A stretch of 64,000 nucleotides of DNA, taken from Vicugna vicugna. Lineage: Eukaryota. The DNA is taken from positions 124,001 through 188,000 of the forward strand of contig MU058714.1 of the NCBI GenBank assembly GCA_013265495.1, written 5' to 3'. Positions 46,666 to 59,886 of this stretch are shown here, one piece after another. The notes under the pieces were generated by a model, which saw only the letters and a program-made list of their open reading frames with translations, did no database searches and was not told the DNA's origin. Made by a program: the position numbers and the translations under genes. Position 1 is the first letter of the stretch. Each line of letters opens with the position of its first letter.

Positions 46666-49099
46666 AAACTGAAGTCCCACGGGTACACCCGGGGGCAAGA
46701 AGCATGGCGTGGAGGACCAGGCACCCTGCCCAGCAGGCCCCGCCGCCGGGAGCGCTCGGACTCACCGCGCTTCACACGAGTTTGCCAACAAGGGAGAAAG
46801 CCCACTGCTTCATCTCCAAGCAAAGGGCTGTTCCCGGAGGGCTGTGCCGTGGCCCTCTGGTTTCATCTTGCACCACCGAGCTCTCTGACGCCCAGTCCCA
46901 CCCCCGTGGGGGAGGACTATCTGCACCTCTGAAGCTCCCTCAGACCACACACGTGTAAATCCAATTGAAGTGTTCAGGCTCACCGGGACCTCAGTGTCCA
47001 AAGGCGCCTGGCCGGGTTCTCTGGGAAGTGCACTAGAACATCACTCGTCATCCGTTTTTCTAAGCTTGGATTTTTGTAATGGGAACCTCTTTTCTTGTCT
47101 GAGTATATATCCTATGTGTATAAATTTCACATCAAAAGGCATGGGAACGCGTTTTTATTTGGAATTTTGACGCAATCTCTTGAGATAACGGGCGAAACGC
47201 TGAGGATGTCCCCCGCCCAGGGTGGAAGTCACTGACCTCCGGCCTGGCACAGAAGCACAGGGAAAGTGGCTGGATCCTGCTGCACCTGGGCTCTTGCGTC
47301 CCAGTGCCCCTCGCAGCTGGCCTGACCTCCACGCAGGGACGCGGGGCCCCGACGTCCAAGCTGGGGCCCCACAGTCACCCCGGCGTCTCAGCCACAGCCC
47401 AGGGACAAGAGCCGGGAAAGGAGGCTGCTCCCCGAGGCTCCCCCACTTGCCGAAAGTAACAGGCATTCACTTCCACTCACAGCCCACAGGGAGAACTAGC
47501 CACGTGACCCCCAGGGGCGTGCGGCCTGGAGCACAGCCCCACGGCGGTCAGCCAGCCGCTCAGGTCAGCGGGTCAGCAGGCGCCACTCACACGGCTCGTC
47601 CGAACCTGACTGGGGCACTAAGCCAAGCGGCTTCCTTCCCCATCCATGCATTCTGTCCCCCCTGACATTGGTATTAAGTCCCAGGGAGTCAGGACAGGCC
47701 CTGACAGAGAGGGAGGGCAGGACAGCCGCCCACACGCCCAGCCAAGGAGCGGCCCCAGCCCCACTACTGAAGCAGCAAAGTAAAATAAAATAAGGAAGGG
47801 TCTGATCAGCAGAGTCCCCAGCAGTCAGAGCAGAGGACACTGGGACTGACAAGTCAAAGGCGGGTGGGGGGAGGGCGGCAGTTCTGTTCTGGCTAAACCA
47901 CGTCCCGGTGGCTGGACGTGAAATGGGCGCTGGCCCCTAGTTCTGTCACCGCGCACACAACTAAAGGACACGGCCTGGATGAACCAGGCATGCCTTGTCC
48001 TCTGCAGAGGGCCCTGTGCAGACAGGGTGCCTACCCCCCTTTCCTGACACCTGCGTTGGTGAGACAACCAGGCACTTTTGTGGAACAAAACCACCGTGTG
48101 ACACCAACCCAGCCCCTCCTGCTCTTAGCACTGCAGCCCGTGAGGCTGAGGACTGCGGTGGGGGGGACACAGAAGGACCCCACAGCTGGCTGACCCACAG
48201 GGCACCTGCCAGCACCCCCTACCAGGGGACAATCCAAGGTCAGGTACCGCCATCCTGAGCCCCCCTCCTCCTCGTCTCTCCTGGGGGGACCACCACTCTC
48301 TGCACCCCTCACTCTTGGCTGCTTCTGTGCTCAGGACCAGCCTCCTTCTGCATCTGGGAACCGCCCCCACCTCGAGCTCGCACCACCTCCCTCTGCCAGG
48401 GTTGTCCAGCCAGCTTGCCAGCAACTATGCTCTGCTTTTTCTTGTCTTTTTTTTAACCAATTGCCCTTCTGGGAGAGAGGAGAAAAGCCCGGTCTTTCAA
48501 AAACTCCATCCTGCCGTGGCACGTACAGCATCCACCGGCGCTGAAACCAACACTGGAAGAGGAGCTGGAGGGAGGGCAGCCCCGCAGCGGTGCGCGGAGC
48601 TCTGCGCCGGGCACCACGTCTCCTGGGTGTCCTCTCCCCCGCCGCCCCTCCCTCCAGCCGGTCTCTCTCACATCTATTTTTGTGGCTGATCAGTGTGCCT
48701 GTTTCCCAACCAAGGGCTCACGTACGTGTATTTCTATACATTACTCCCTCCATGGAGGCTTCCGAGCCATGCAAATGGCACCTTATGCAAATCAAAGCCT
48801 CCTCCATCTGCTTCCGATATTCCCCACTTCCCCTTAATAACCTGTTTTAGGGGATGCGGTACATGTAGCAGATGATACAACTTTATTTTTGTAAACCCAG
48901 TTGGTCCTGGAGTGCTGGCAGCCACAATAATAGAAGAACGCGCCTGTTACTGCCTCTCAGCGAGTTTGCCGTCAGGCAGCACCTCATTAAAACAAGCCGG
49001 GAGGGGCTCCGAGAAGAAGGGAGGGGCGCAGGGTGGGGGGGTCCCAGCAGAGCCGCACGCAGAATCCTGGCCTGTCCCTCTTTCTCCTTGGTCAGTGTT

Positions 49100-49435
49100 T
49101 GCTGTGGGTTGAACTGTATCCCCCAAAAAGATGTGTGGAAGCGCTAACCCCTGGGACCCCTTATTTGAAAGCACGTCTTTGTAGATGTAATAAGATGTAA
49201 GTCAAGATGCGGTCATGTTGGAGGAGTGCAGGCATTTAACCCAATAGCATGGGTGTCCTCACGAGAAGAGGAGAGGACACAAGGAGGAGGCCGAGTGACA
49301 ACAGAGGCAGAGGCTGGAGTGATGCAGCCACAATCCAAGAAATGCCAAGGATGGCTAGCAACCGCCAGAAGCCAGGAGAGGCTCAGAAAGTCTCTCCCCT
49401 GGAGGTTTCAGAAGGAGCGGGGCCCTCCAGCACCT
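49100..49435 (+). mobile_element. MLT1C-like LTR, 3'-truncated
   Basis: tgtgggttgaactgtatcccccaaaaagat...gtctttgtagatgtaat...gaggcagaggctggagtgatgcagccacaa...gccagaagccaggagagg. Confidence 0.8.
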
Positions 49436-49587
49436 CCCTTACCGCCCCTCCGAGAGACTTCGCAGGTGCTGGTGTGACTGGGACAGTGTCTATTTTCGCT
49501 GCCCACTGTGCCCCCAGCCCCTGCATCAGGGCCTCGGGGTCGGTGCCCAGAGGTGCTAGGTATGTGCCCCCCGGTGACACAGTGAGC

Positions 49588-49600
49588 GGGGGGGGGGGGG
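49588..49600 (+). repeat. G13 homopolymer
   Basis: Directly visible run of 13 G. Confidence 0.9.
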
Positions 49601-50434
49601 AGGGAAACACCGCTCAGAGTTGGCCGTGTCTTCTGAGACCTCTTCCGGTGCCCAGAGGATCCTCTCAGCATCAAAAGCTCACCTTCACCCAGTGAAGGGA
49701 ACCCAGGATTCGTGCACTGATTTTTAAACTTCTGTCAGTCTACAGTTACTTCCAAAAAGAAAGGTAAGGGGGGAAAAGCTCAATTTCTTTTTCCTTTGAC
49801 ACGATGCTGCAAAGCCCGGCAAAAGCTTGCCCTCCCCATCCTCCCTGACTCCCGCCCTCCGCCGCGTACAGCACCTGGCTCACAGGTGGGCCTGAGGCCT
49901 GACAGCCAGGAAGCAGAGCCTGACCTCAGCGAGAGTTGAAGAGAGACTTTCAGGGTAGAGAGCTGTCACTTAGAACCTAGGTTTTCGAACACCCATGGAA
50001 ACAGCTCCACGGCTCCCAGGAGAGCGCGGTACAAGGGCCCAGGAGCACCTAGTGGATTCACACAAAGAAGGCAGGGAGCTGGAGGGGCCTGGGGAGGCTG
50101 GCCCCCAGCGAGGCGCCCGGTGCAGCAGGAGCTGTCCTGTCCTGAAGTGCTTTCGCAGGGAGGGGGCTTGGTGCAAGGCCACGGGGAAGCAACTGGCCAC
50201 AGACCCCGCTAGTGGACACAAGTCTGTGCAAGGAGGGGACCTTCCGAAGGAAATGGTGCGCTAGGTCTGCGGACATGTTGCTGGAGGGGACGCCGGGGAA
50301 CAGCTGGGGGGCGCTACCAGTCAAGGGAGCCGCGGGTGAGTGTGGAGGAAGGAGGGAGGACAGGAAGAGCTTTTCATCCACCAAAGGGTGGAAGACGAGC
50401 CTGAAAGTTTGGGGCGTCCCTGGAAACTCTAGAA

Positions 50435-50632
50435 CAGGTCAGCAAGCCAAGGCCAGCTCGCTACCTGTCTGATAAACAGAGTCAGTGGCCCACATCCATG
50501 TTCATCCGCGTGCTTACTATCTAAGGTGTCTTTCACGCCAATGGCCAAGCTGAGTCTTTATGACAGACACTGTCTGGCCCTAAAATACTGACCACCTGGC
50601 CGTTGACAGAACAAGTTTGCAGAGCCTGCTCC
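50435..50632. mobile_element. MER58A-like DNA transposon
   Basis: caggtcagcaa...gctgagtctttatgacagacactgtctggccctaaaatactgaccacctggccgttgacagaacaagtttgc. Confidence 0.7.
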
Positions 50633-52779
50633 ATAACACTGAGCCCTGTGGGAGCTAGTCTGAGCTTATACAAAGCCTGAATAGGGGGCAGGGGGGTGGG
50701 TTAATGGATGCAAGACATTGAGTGCAGCCCCTACAGAGAGGAGGGACCACCGACAGCATTCTCTTCCCTGCCTCGGGGAACCTCAACACTGACAAAGTGA
50801 CCCCACGAACCTCGGTGGGGGTGCCAAGCTAGGGTGAGGCACCTACATGGTTAACTGGACTTAAAGCTGTGTTTTCAGAGACAGGAACCTGCCACAAAGT
50901 TGACACACATCAGTGTCGCTGCCAAGGCCCCAGGCCCTGCCCACAGCCTGTGCCTGCCTTCGGGAGAGGGGGTCCTGCTGCGAGCCCACCCTCCCCTTTG
51001 GCCTCTGCTCGCTGCTGGGCCAAGGAGGCCCGGGTAGGGCGAGGAGGCTGCAGCCTGGCGGGGAGGGCGGCCCAGGCCAGCGGAGGGCCCGGCTGCCAGG
51101 CTCCCTCAGCTCCAGCAACCTCATCGTCTGAGGCGGCTTCACTTTTAAGCAACCAGCGAAGGACAAGCACCCTGCAAATTTAGAACGCGTGATGGCTGGT
51201 ATTCATCTTAGCACGCGGGGTGCGGGGAGGAGACAGAAAGATGCGCTCATGGCCGCGCCAGCACATCGCAGCCCCCAGAGGCGCCTGCGGAAGGGAATGT
51301 CTTCCCCGAAAGGGAAAAGGGAGCAGGCCCCCTGAGGCCAGGCCCCTGCCCCCACCCCGAGGGCTGCCCATCACCACTACACGCACCAGCACGGCCCCAC
51401 CCAGGCCACCTCATCCCCACCTCTGGGCCCCCCTTTCCTTTCTCACATTTTGCTAAAAATAAAACCCCTTTTGGCAGCACACACACCCAGTTTCCCCAGA
51501 ACATAAGCTTCCTGGGCATCTAGAAAAGGGAAGAGCGCTACCTCTCATGGAGCCCAGATGGATTCCTGAAAATTTGTGTCAAACCAATTTCTGTAAATCT
51601 CATCATGTTCCTAGTGATTCACCTTCATCTGAGAAACACTTCCCTCCTGCCAGCTGCTCTCCTGACCAGCTCCTTCCACGCACACAGACGTGCTCGCCAG
51701 CGATGGGCCTGAGCAAACACCAGCTCGAGAGGGGCTGCAGCCGCGGAGGGTCCTCGTGTGATCTGAATGCTCATGCCCAGATTTTGCTGCATCAGGGCTC
51801 AGGTTTCCAGGGAGCAGGCTAGGCCGCACCGCGCCCTCCTCAGCGCTTCTTCAGACCTCGCCTGACTTCTTTCAGGGCGGCGGCACCGGAACCACGCCCG
51901 TACCTCTCACCTGCCTCCCCATGGCACCGCAAGGCGGTCCTCTGCCGCGTGATAGATCTGAGTGAGACCTGCACAGTAGTGGGGGAGGGAGGGGGAGAGG
52001 CAGACTCAGTTTCCCTGCTGTGACATCTACCACGTGCTGGTCCTCAAGGCAGGGAGGGGTGGCCCGCAGCAAAGCCGGACTGGACCGTGCGAGCCTTGGC
52101 TGGCACAGAGTGGGTGAGGCAGGCTCCGCATGAGCAGGCCTGCAGTGTAGGAAGACGCCTCTCACTGCAGGACAGAAGCATCAAGGCTACAGGCAGGGAG
52201 GCGGGTGGTGGTGCTGGTGCCGGAGGAGATGGAGAGACAGGGACCCATCCAAGGTCCCAGGCCACTGGACAGGGCAATACACTAACATTTGGGAGGTCAG
52301 AGGAGAAGGAGGTGACCGAGGCCCATGCCGTCAGAGTAGGGGGCCTCTCCCTGCTCCTGCGGCCGCTCTCCAGGACAGACCAGCCGGGAGTAATCCTGCG
52401 GCTCTAGTCTCCGTCCCCCATGCTGATGGCGCTGGAGAGGGCGCTCAGGGCACACAGGCCTGACCTTACTGTCCTGTCCAATTATGCACAACAGACTCCC
52501 AGGACACAAGCGAGGCCACAGGGACCAATTCCCCCTCCACGGCTTTCTTTTGTCAAGTGACTGCTAAAAACTGGGTGTGCTCACGCACATGTGTGAAGGA
52601 GGGGGTGACAGCTATTGAAACAGCTCCGAGCAGTCAGGAGCTGAATGTCCACTGACACACAGAAGCGGTGGACCATACTAGTTTATACCAGGGTCGGAGG
52701 TGGGGGGCCACCAGCTGGATTATACATTCCTTAAAGGAGGAAAAGAGGGTGGGTATGCGCTCGGCACCCGCCCTAGTTC

Positions 52780-52925
52780 AAGCCCCACCCAAGGTACTTG
52801 ACCCTTGTTATTTCATCTCGTCTTCACAGCGTCACCCTCATTTTGTGGGTGAAGGAAGCTGAGCCTCCGAGAGTCGCCCAAGCACGAGCTGGTGGGGGAG
52901 CTGGGGTCTGACTTGCTCTACCATG
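52780..52925 (-). mobile_element. MIR remnant
   Basis: tatttcatctcgtcttcacagc...ctcattttgtgggtgaaggaagctgagcctccgagag. Confidence 0.5.
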
Positions 52926-53384
52926 CAGCCTCTGCCCTTCATTTCTCTCTTGTAGGACCGCCCTGAGGACGCGACAGGCTGAGCTCTCCATCCTCTCCAG
53001 ATGCAGGTGGGCACTGAGAGTCAAGTTCCCCGCCAGCCCCAGGGTCCAGGCCTCAGAAATCCTCCAGAGGCCACACCCTGGCCACGCCCCCAGACTCACC
53101 CAGCCACGCCCCAGCACACCCCTCAGCTGGCCTGGGTAGAACAGAAGACTAGAGGAGGGTCAAGGAGGGTGGTGATAAACCCACCTGTCAGGGTCACTTC
53201 CACACTAGGGAAAACCAGCTCTGCCCAGCCCAGGGTCCCAGGGGTGTGAGAGGGAGGGGCTCGGTGTGTGGCCCCTGGGGACGCTAGGGGCTGAGCATGG
53301 CAGCTGCACAGCACAGGAGGGCGACCCCAGCCGCCTCTGGTCTGGGGGTCTGAGCAGCCTCTGGCAAGATCCACAGCTATGGTT

Positions 53385-53670
53385 TTGTTCTTATTATAAA
53401 AGTAATACATATTCACTGCAGAAAATTTAGAAACTACACATATGCAAAAAGGAGAAAATTAAAAATAGCCCCCAATCCCACTGCCCTGAAATAACTCCTG
53501 CTAACATTTTGAGCACACATACCCTCCCAGACTTCCCTATGCATAGAATATGTATTTTTGGTACCGAGTGGGATCATACTATACATTCCATTTTGTAACT
53601 TTTTCCCATTTAACTGTCTCATACCAAACCACTAAGGACTCTTCCACAACATCGATTTTAATGGCCGAAT
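53385..53670 (-). mobile_element. L1ME-type fragment
   Basis: ttataaaagtaatacatattcactgcagaaaatttagaaa...tgctaacattttg...gggatcatactatac...ttttcccatttaac. Confidence 0.6.
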
Positions 53671-54874
53671 TAGCCAAAGAATGCTAGAAGGAGGGCTGGC
53701 CGGGGCAGGGGGTGGGTCTTACAAGCCAGAGCACTGCAGCGAAAGCATAAATGGGACAGTGCCCTTTGTCAACAAATCAGCTCTACGGTTACAGAAAAAT
53801 ATGACTTTCTTAAAGAAGTTTTTTTCTCTTTAGTCTAAATTCTACAATATAAAAAACCCTGACTTGAAGACATGCTATTCAGAAGAGAGCCCCCTTCCCC
53901 GAGGTTGCCTCTCACTAAAGTGGGTCAGTGATGCACACAGCCAGCTTAGCACCTGGAGGCCTTTCCGTCCACCTGACGCGGGCTCTCTGTAGGTCTGAGA
54001 AGGGAAAGCAGAGAGTGATTTAAAACAATCAGGGGTCATGTCTCCCTGTGCGTGGAGGCAACGTACGGAGGACTTGTTGATGGATGAATGAGATTAGGGG
54101 GAGGATGTTTATGTATGAAAGGTGATCAGTTCTTAGCAGTGATGAAAGGTTTTACTACTGACCTTTATAACCGTGAAGGTTTCTACACTTGATCTGAGCT
54201 CAAAAACAGAGAGAGAGAGGGGTGGAGGAGCCTCCCCTTGGCTGCGGACGTCTTCAGAAGGAAGTATCACAGTTCTAAGGGCTGACCTGACTTCCTCTCA
54301 CTGCAGGCATCATGGACTGAACGCTTGTGCTCCCATGCAGGCCACTCAAGGACCCCACGAGCAGCTGCCGCTGCGGGTCTCGCACCTCCCTCCGCAGCTT
54401 CCTACGCACGCAGGGCCCTCTCTCCTCCCCCTCCCCACTTCCACTCATGGCTGGAACTAAGCAACCCCACGGGGGAAGGGAGGAAAAATGACCATCCCCT
54501 TGGCCTGGCAGCTTGACCCCAGAACCCCCATCATACGAACCACCACCCAACTCCCAGACTTGTCCTGTGCCGTGTGTCCTCGGCAACGCCAGAGAAATAC
54601 ACAACCGAGTCCTGGAAACCTGCTGCAGTGTGGCTCAGTGAGCAGGTGCTTGTGGCCACATCAGTTCTGTCCAAGGTGCTCCATTGTGTCGATGGACAGA
54701 TGGACGAGCCAGGCTCCCCGACTCCTGAGCCTGCCGGCCATGGGCTTCCTCTTGTGGAACGAGGCACCAAAAGCTCTAAGAGGAGCAGCCGTGGGCTCCT
54801 GGGGCCCCGGCTGGCCCAGCACCTGGGATGGAAAGCCCCCTGCTGTCCCTTCCTTCCTCTGAGGGACCAGGAAG

Positions 54875-55140
54875 GTATGTCAGTTTCCTGGGGCTGTGGT
54901 AACAAACTGCCACAAACTGAGTGGCTTAAAACAACCCGGTTTTACTCTCAAACGGTTCTGGGGGCTAGAAGCGAAAAACTAAGGTGTCGGCAGACTGTCC
55001 TCCCCTCTTCTTATAAAGACACCCGTCCCTGGATTTAGGGTCCACTCTACTCCAGTATGGCCTCATCGTGGCCATGATTAAATCTGCAAAGACCCTAATT
55101 CCAATTGAGACCTGATTCACAGGACCGGGGATTCAGGCTT
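54875..55140 (-). mobile_element. Internally deleted MLT1 LTR
   Basis: tcagtttcctggggctgtggtaacaaactgccacaaactgagtggcttaaaacaac...ctcttcttataaagacacc...atctgcaaagaccctaattccaa. Confidence 0.8.
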
Positions 55141-56539
55141 GGGCAGGCAAGGACACAAGGCAGCCAGCAGAGCAGGGTCTCCCCTGGAGGGTCGCGGGTG
55201 GACAGGCCCCTACCTGGGCGCGGGGGCCTCTCCCTGCACTGCCTCCCCACCATCTGCGTGCCACCCGGACTCTGCTCCCCCAGTGTGGGGCCTCATGGCC
55301 TGCTGATGCTCATGTCCCTCCAACAGAGCCAAACTGTCCCCCGAGCATCTGCTCCCACACATCCCTTTTCTGCCTCTGAACACAAAGGGACAAACCTACT
55401 TCCTCCTCCACACGACAGACCTGTGAACAAGCACCACGTGGCAGCAGGCCCACCCACGCCCACCCCGCCTCCCGAGGCTCCTGGTGGCTTCAAGAGCCCC
55501 CCTGTGTCATGGGTGTACGTCCCCTCACACCCTAGCTGAGCCAGCCCCCGCTGGCCACTGTCTCTCCTAAAGTGAGACACAGAACTGACCACAGTGCCCT
55601 GAGGTCGCCCTCTCCCTTGGAGATGCTTTTCCCCAAACATGCACAGGGCACTGGGGGCGCAAAGCTGGGGGTGCTGGAGAGGAAGGGCCCCGTGCTCAAG
55701 CCCCTGGCTCCTGGCTGAGGGGGCAGGGAGGGGACAGGACAGCCCCTCACCCCGAGTCGGGCTGTAGGGTTGCTATTCGCCTATTCTGCAAACACAAGCC
55801 CCTGACATGGGAGACAGATGGGAGAGGAGCTGGTCCTGGCCGGCCTGTCATCAGAATCTGTGTGATCGTGTGATGACTGCTCCCCCAGGGGAGACAGCTC
55901 CCCCACAGCAGGGCCAGGTGTGTGTGTGCCCCGAGCTTGACAGTCTTGTTGAATGACCGAATGAGTGAATAACTGAAGTGGATGGGGAAGGGAGACATCC
56001 CCTCTCCCCGCCTCTGGACTTGCCGCCCTTGAGGCAATTCCCTGTGGAGTTACAGGGTGAATGTGGTTCTGTGGGGGGCACAGTCAGAGCAGGATACCCT
56101 CAGGGATGCCTCCCCTCAAGGCCCAGTTCCCTCCCCTAGAGCAGAGCTTTCTGTGGATGCAGAGAAAGCAAGATAATAAAGGTGGGTGGGGTTTTGAAAG
56201 CCAGCTGGGCCAGCCCTCTGTCTTGGGGGCAGCACCAGGGCAGCGAAGTCCTAACTAAGGCTTTCAAGCCACATGCGGTTCCTTTAAACCCAGGAATTGC
56301 CGACAAGATCAGCAGACCCTAGGCACCCATGTGGGGTTGGAGGTCTACAGATGCCTTTGACCCAGAAAGCCGCTGTCATGAGAAGCTCAGGTCCAAGGCT
56401 TTGAGATCAGGTGAGGACTGTGATGACAGCTGGTCCAGAAGCAACTCCAAGACTGTGTGTAACAGTCAAAGCCTGAGAGTAGCCCATATGTAAAGAGCAC
56501 CCTGGAACAAACAAACAAAAAAGACTCCATGGAAACACA

Positions 56540-56900
56540 GATAAATTACATAAACAGGGTGTTCACAGAAGTTGAATGTAAATGAGCAATAAACACAGAA
56601 GAAGACACCTAACTTTCTCAGAGTTGAGGACATGCAAGTTAAAATGATATTCTGTACCCTTAGACTGACAAATATTTAAAGAAAGAATAAAAACTGATAC
56701 TAGCATGGGTGTAGGATAACAGATTCCCATGTGGTACAGAGAGAGGTGTAAATACTTTCAACTTTGTAAAGCAATCCAGCTGTATTATTAAAACCTAGGA
56801 TGTACATACCCTTGGCCCCAATAAATTCTACTTTGGGATTTTCTCTAAAAAAAGCAGAAAATGCCAGGAAAATACACAATGCTTGAAAACAATGTATGTG
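56540..56900 (+). mobile_element. Degraded L1ME fragment
   Basis: aataaacacagaagaagacacctaac...atgcaagttaaaa...ggtgtaaatac...aactttgtaaagcaat...catacccttggccccaataaattctactttgggatt. Confidence 0.6.
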
Positions 56901-57164
56901 CGTTGCACATGGGTGGGTCAGTATGAGCAAAGGGGCAACATGGGGAGGGGACACTTTCAACTGTTAGCAGAAGTCAGAGGTCACCAGGAGAGCTGGATCT
57001 GGGGAGAAGCCAAGGAGACTAATTGTTTCACTTTAGACACTTCAGTCTTGGAAGAACTAGTACAATCAACAAGCAATGACGTTTACAACTCACGCGACTG
57101 CATTTTTTACATGACTAAGGACATGGTTTCAAAATGAAGCCTTTCTACACGCTCTGCTGTTGCA

Positions 57165-57358
57165 GGTGGCATCGCCAGATTCAGCAAATAAAAACACAGG
57201 ACGCCCAGATAAGTTTGAATTTCAGATAAACAACGTATTTTTAAAATACAAGTATGTGCCATGCAATATTTGGCACATACTTAGACAAAAAATATTCTTT
57301 GTTGTTCATCTGAAATTCAAACTTAACTGGGCGTCCCAGGTTTTATCTGGCAGCTCTA
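57165..57358. mobile_element. MER53 palindromic MITE
   Basis: gccagattcagcaaataaaaacacaggacgcccag...tttgaatttcagataaacaac...aagtatgtgccatgcaatatttggcacatactt...gttgttcatctgaaattcaaacttaactgggcgtcc...ttttatctggc. The two halves are inverted copies of each other. Confidence 0.9.
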
Positions 57359-58679
57359 GAAACAGAGGAAGGGACAAGGAAGAACTCTGAATCTCCAGCT
57401 CTGTTTCTTCCCTCTCCCCATGAAAACCTGTCACGGCCATGACGACGCTTTTCTCCCGGTGACTGCACACACGCGCACACCTTCACTCACTCACATGTTT
57501 TGATCAGCGCCCGTCACCTCCAAGAGAACATTCTCTGACTTGGCCCGGCTCTGCCTCACACAAGCTGATGTTTGTCACAGTTCCTATTTGAGAGTCAGGA
57601 TGTCACATCAAAGCCCCCGAGAGCGGCATCTGGGCCTTTCCCAGTCCTTGTCCGAGCCCGGCCGTGCTGGGCACACGGAAGGTGGTCGGCACACTGGGGG
57701 AGACCAGTGAGTGGAGGACCAGGCATGCCCCGGAGGGAGGATGGCGCCCCCCTCTTTAAGGCGTGTGGCATCCAGCTTCCAGCCCGTTGCTTTGCAGGGT
57801 CACTCCCCCCAGCTTGTTAGCCGCAGTCAGCATCTTGGCATCTACGTCTTCTTTCCCCCTCTTTTCCAGCCCTGAACACATGATGCACCAAGCCTCACGC
57901 AAAGAGGCTTAAGCCATTGCTTCCAAAGGCTAGATTCGTATCTCATTCCATGTTGTTCACCTGCTGCCACGGCGAAGAGACCCAGGGGCTGAGGCCCAGC
58001 CTGGCTGGAGCCAGGGTGACCCTAACCAGGTTGTAGGCTGCTCAAATTCCTCACCTGTACAAGCAGAAGTTGGGCGGATGTTCTTGAAGGGACTCCTAAG
58101 CCTGAGTTTAAAGTCAGGAGTGTCCCCGGCCCTGCTATTCCAGAGTGTGCCACTCACCCACCCTTGCCCAAAGCCAGCAACCGTGCCCACTGGCCACGGC
58201 CAAGTCCTCGGCCCTCTCCTTGAGGCCCAGGCAGCCTCTGCTGGAATCGCTGCTTAGCCCGCCGTCCACCGTGTGGAGTTGCGTGCGGAAGCCGCAGCCG
58301 CGACGTTAGCATCACAGCCCGCACTGATCTTTGTCAATTACGCCGCAGTATTTGAGCTCCGACCAGCTTTAAATCGAATCAGGACGAAATCATCAGAATA
58401 AAAAGAGCCCAAGCCGCAGCCTTCCAATTCCAGTGCTGGGGAAAAAAAAGTTATACGTTTCATAATGGCCTTCTACCCCATAATGAACAGGAAAAATAAA
58501 TTAGATTCCAAGCTAAGGGTGTATTTATGCAATTTCATTATGTGCCCATGAGCAAGCCTGGTTTTCACCAAGATAAAAATGAGCTCTCAGAAACACTCGC
58601 ACTAAATAAATGGAGTGATTTAACAGCTTAACGGGGAGCGTGGAGGAGGGGCTGAAGGACAACGTCAAAAATGGAAAAT

Positions 58680-58860
58680 AAAAATAAGAGGCTGCCCGGC
58701 GCTCCTCCTGCACTGCGAGCACGAGGCCAGCCGCAGCGGGGCCGCGCGGTCCTTGGTGGGAGCTCCGGGTGACCGAGGCCAGGACAGCCGGAGGGGACAC
58801 GGCTTCCCCCAGGGCCGGGGAGCCGCTGCGGCTTCGAACAGCGGTCAGCAGACCATCAGT
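58680..58860. promoter_or_regulatory. CpG-rich patch next to an AT-rich motif block
   Basis: cccggcgctcc...gcgagcacgaggccagccgcagcggggccgcgcggtcc, immediately after the AT-rich block at 58330-58690. Confidence 0.35.
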
Positions 58861-59599
58861 CCGCCCCCAGAGCCCCAGGCCCAGTGGTCAGTTCTTCAGA
58901 GACCTCGCTCTTTCCGGAGAAGACTGGCTGCAGCAGCTTCTGTAGTAAGAGTCCTGGGGGTCCTGCTCCTTCCCCTCTCATCACCAGCCCTTCTCCCCTC
59001 ACGTCCAGGGGTCCCGTGGGTTCTTCTGCTTCCGTGTCAGGGTTACCCGAGGCTCGCGTGGCCCTGGCTTCGAGGGCACACGTGGCACCTCCTCCAGGGT
59101 CCCCACGCACCGCCTGGGTGGCCTTCGCCTTAGCATTTCTTTATCCAGAAACGAAGACATGTTCTCTGCTGCCTTCGAACCCTCCGAGCGTGCAGAGTTG
59201 TTTTTTCGGTGCATCGCTTCCCGCGCGATGCTCCGGGACCTCAGTGTGAGAGGCGGTTGTTGTGAAGGTTGACAAAATAATGGATTTATTTTTATTTTTT
59301 AATGCATATTTACAAAGCTGGAAGGTGTTTCCCGAAAACTCCAGCAGCGTGTAGCTGGGACAGACCTCTTTCAGAGGCGGCTGCTTGGCTTCCTGAGGTG
59401 CCCTTTTCAGCCTCATGAAGGGGCTCCCCGATGCTGCCAGCCAGGGCGAAGAAAAGGCCAGGAACTCCTGGAATGTCAATCCCAGGGGCACCTCCGGAGG
59501 AACTGCCCTCTTCACGGACAAGGATGTCAAGGCCCCGAGGGATCAGGAGGGGTCCAGCTCGTCAGCGCAGGGGCGGGGCTCACCCAAGCCTGCCCTCTT

Positions 59600-59886
59600 A
59601 GAACTATCATGCCAGCCACGGGGTCATCTTTATGTTTCCCAGCAGCCACATTAAAGAAGTTCCCCCCAACACAGGTGAAATTAACTTTAATAATATATTT
59701 CATGTAACGCAATATATCCAAAATATTATCAGGTCAATATGTGACCCACGTAAAGAATTACCGAGACGGTTCACACTCTTTGCCAGTGTGCTGAGTCTTT
59801 GAAATCCAGTGGGCATTTTCCACCCCCAGCCCATCTCCACCCAGACCGTCCAGCAGCCGGTGGCCTCCGCCTCGGACGAGGCAGGC
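59600..59886. mobile_element. MER33-like hAT-Charlie remnant
   Basis: cagcagccacattaaa...acaggtgaaattaactttaataatatatttcatgtaacgcaatatatccaaaatattatc...gtctttgaaatccagtg. Confidence 0.75.
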
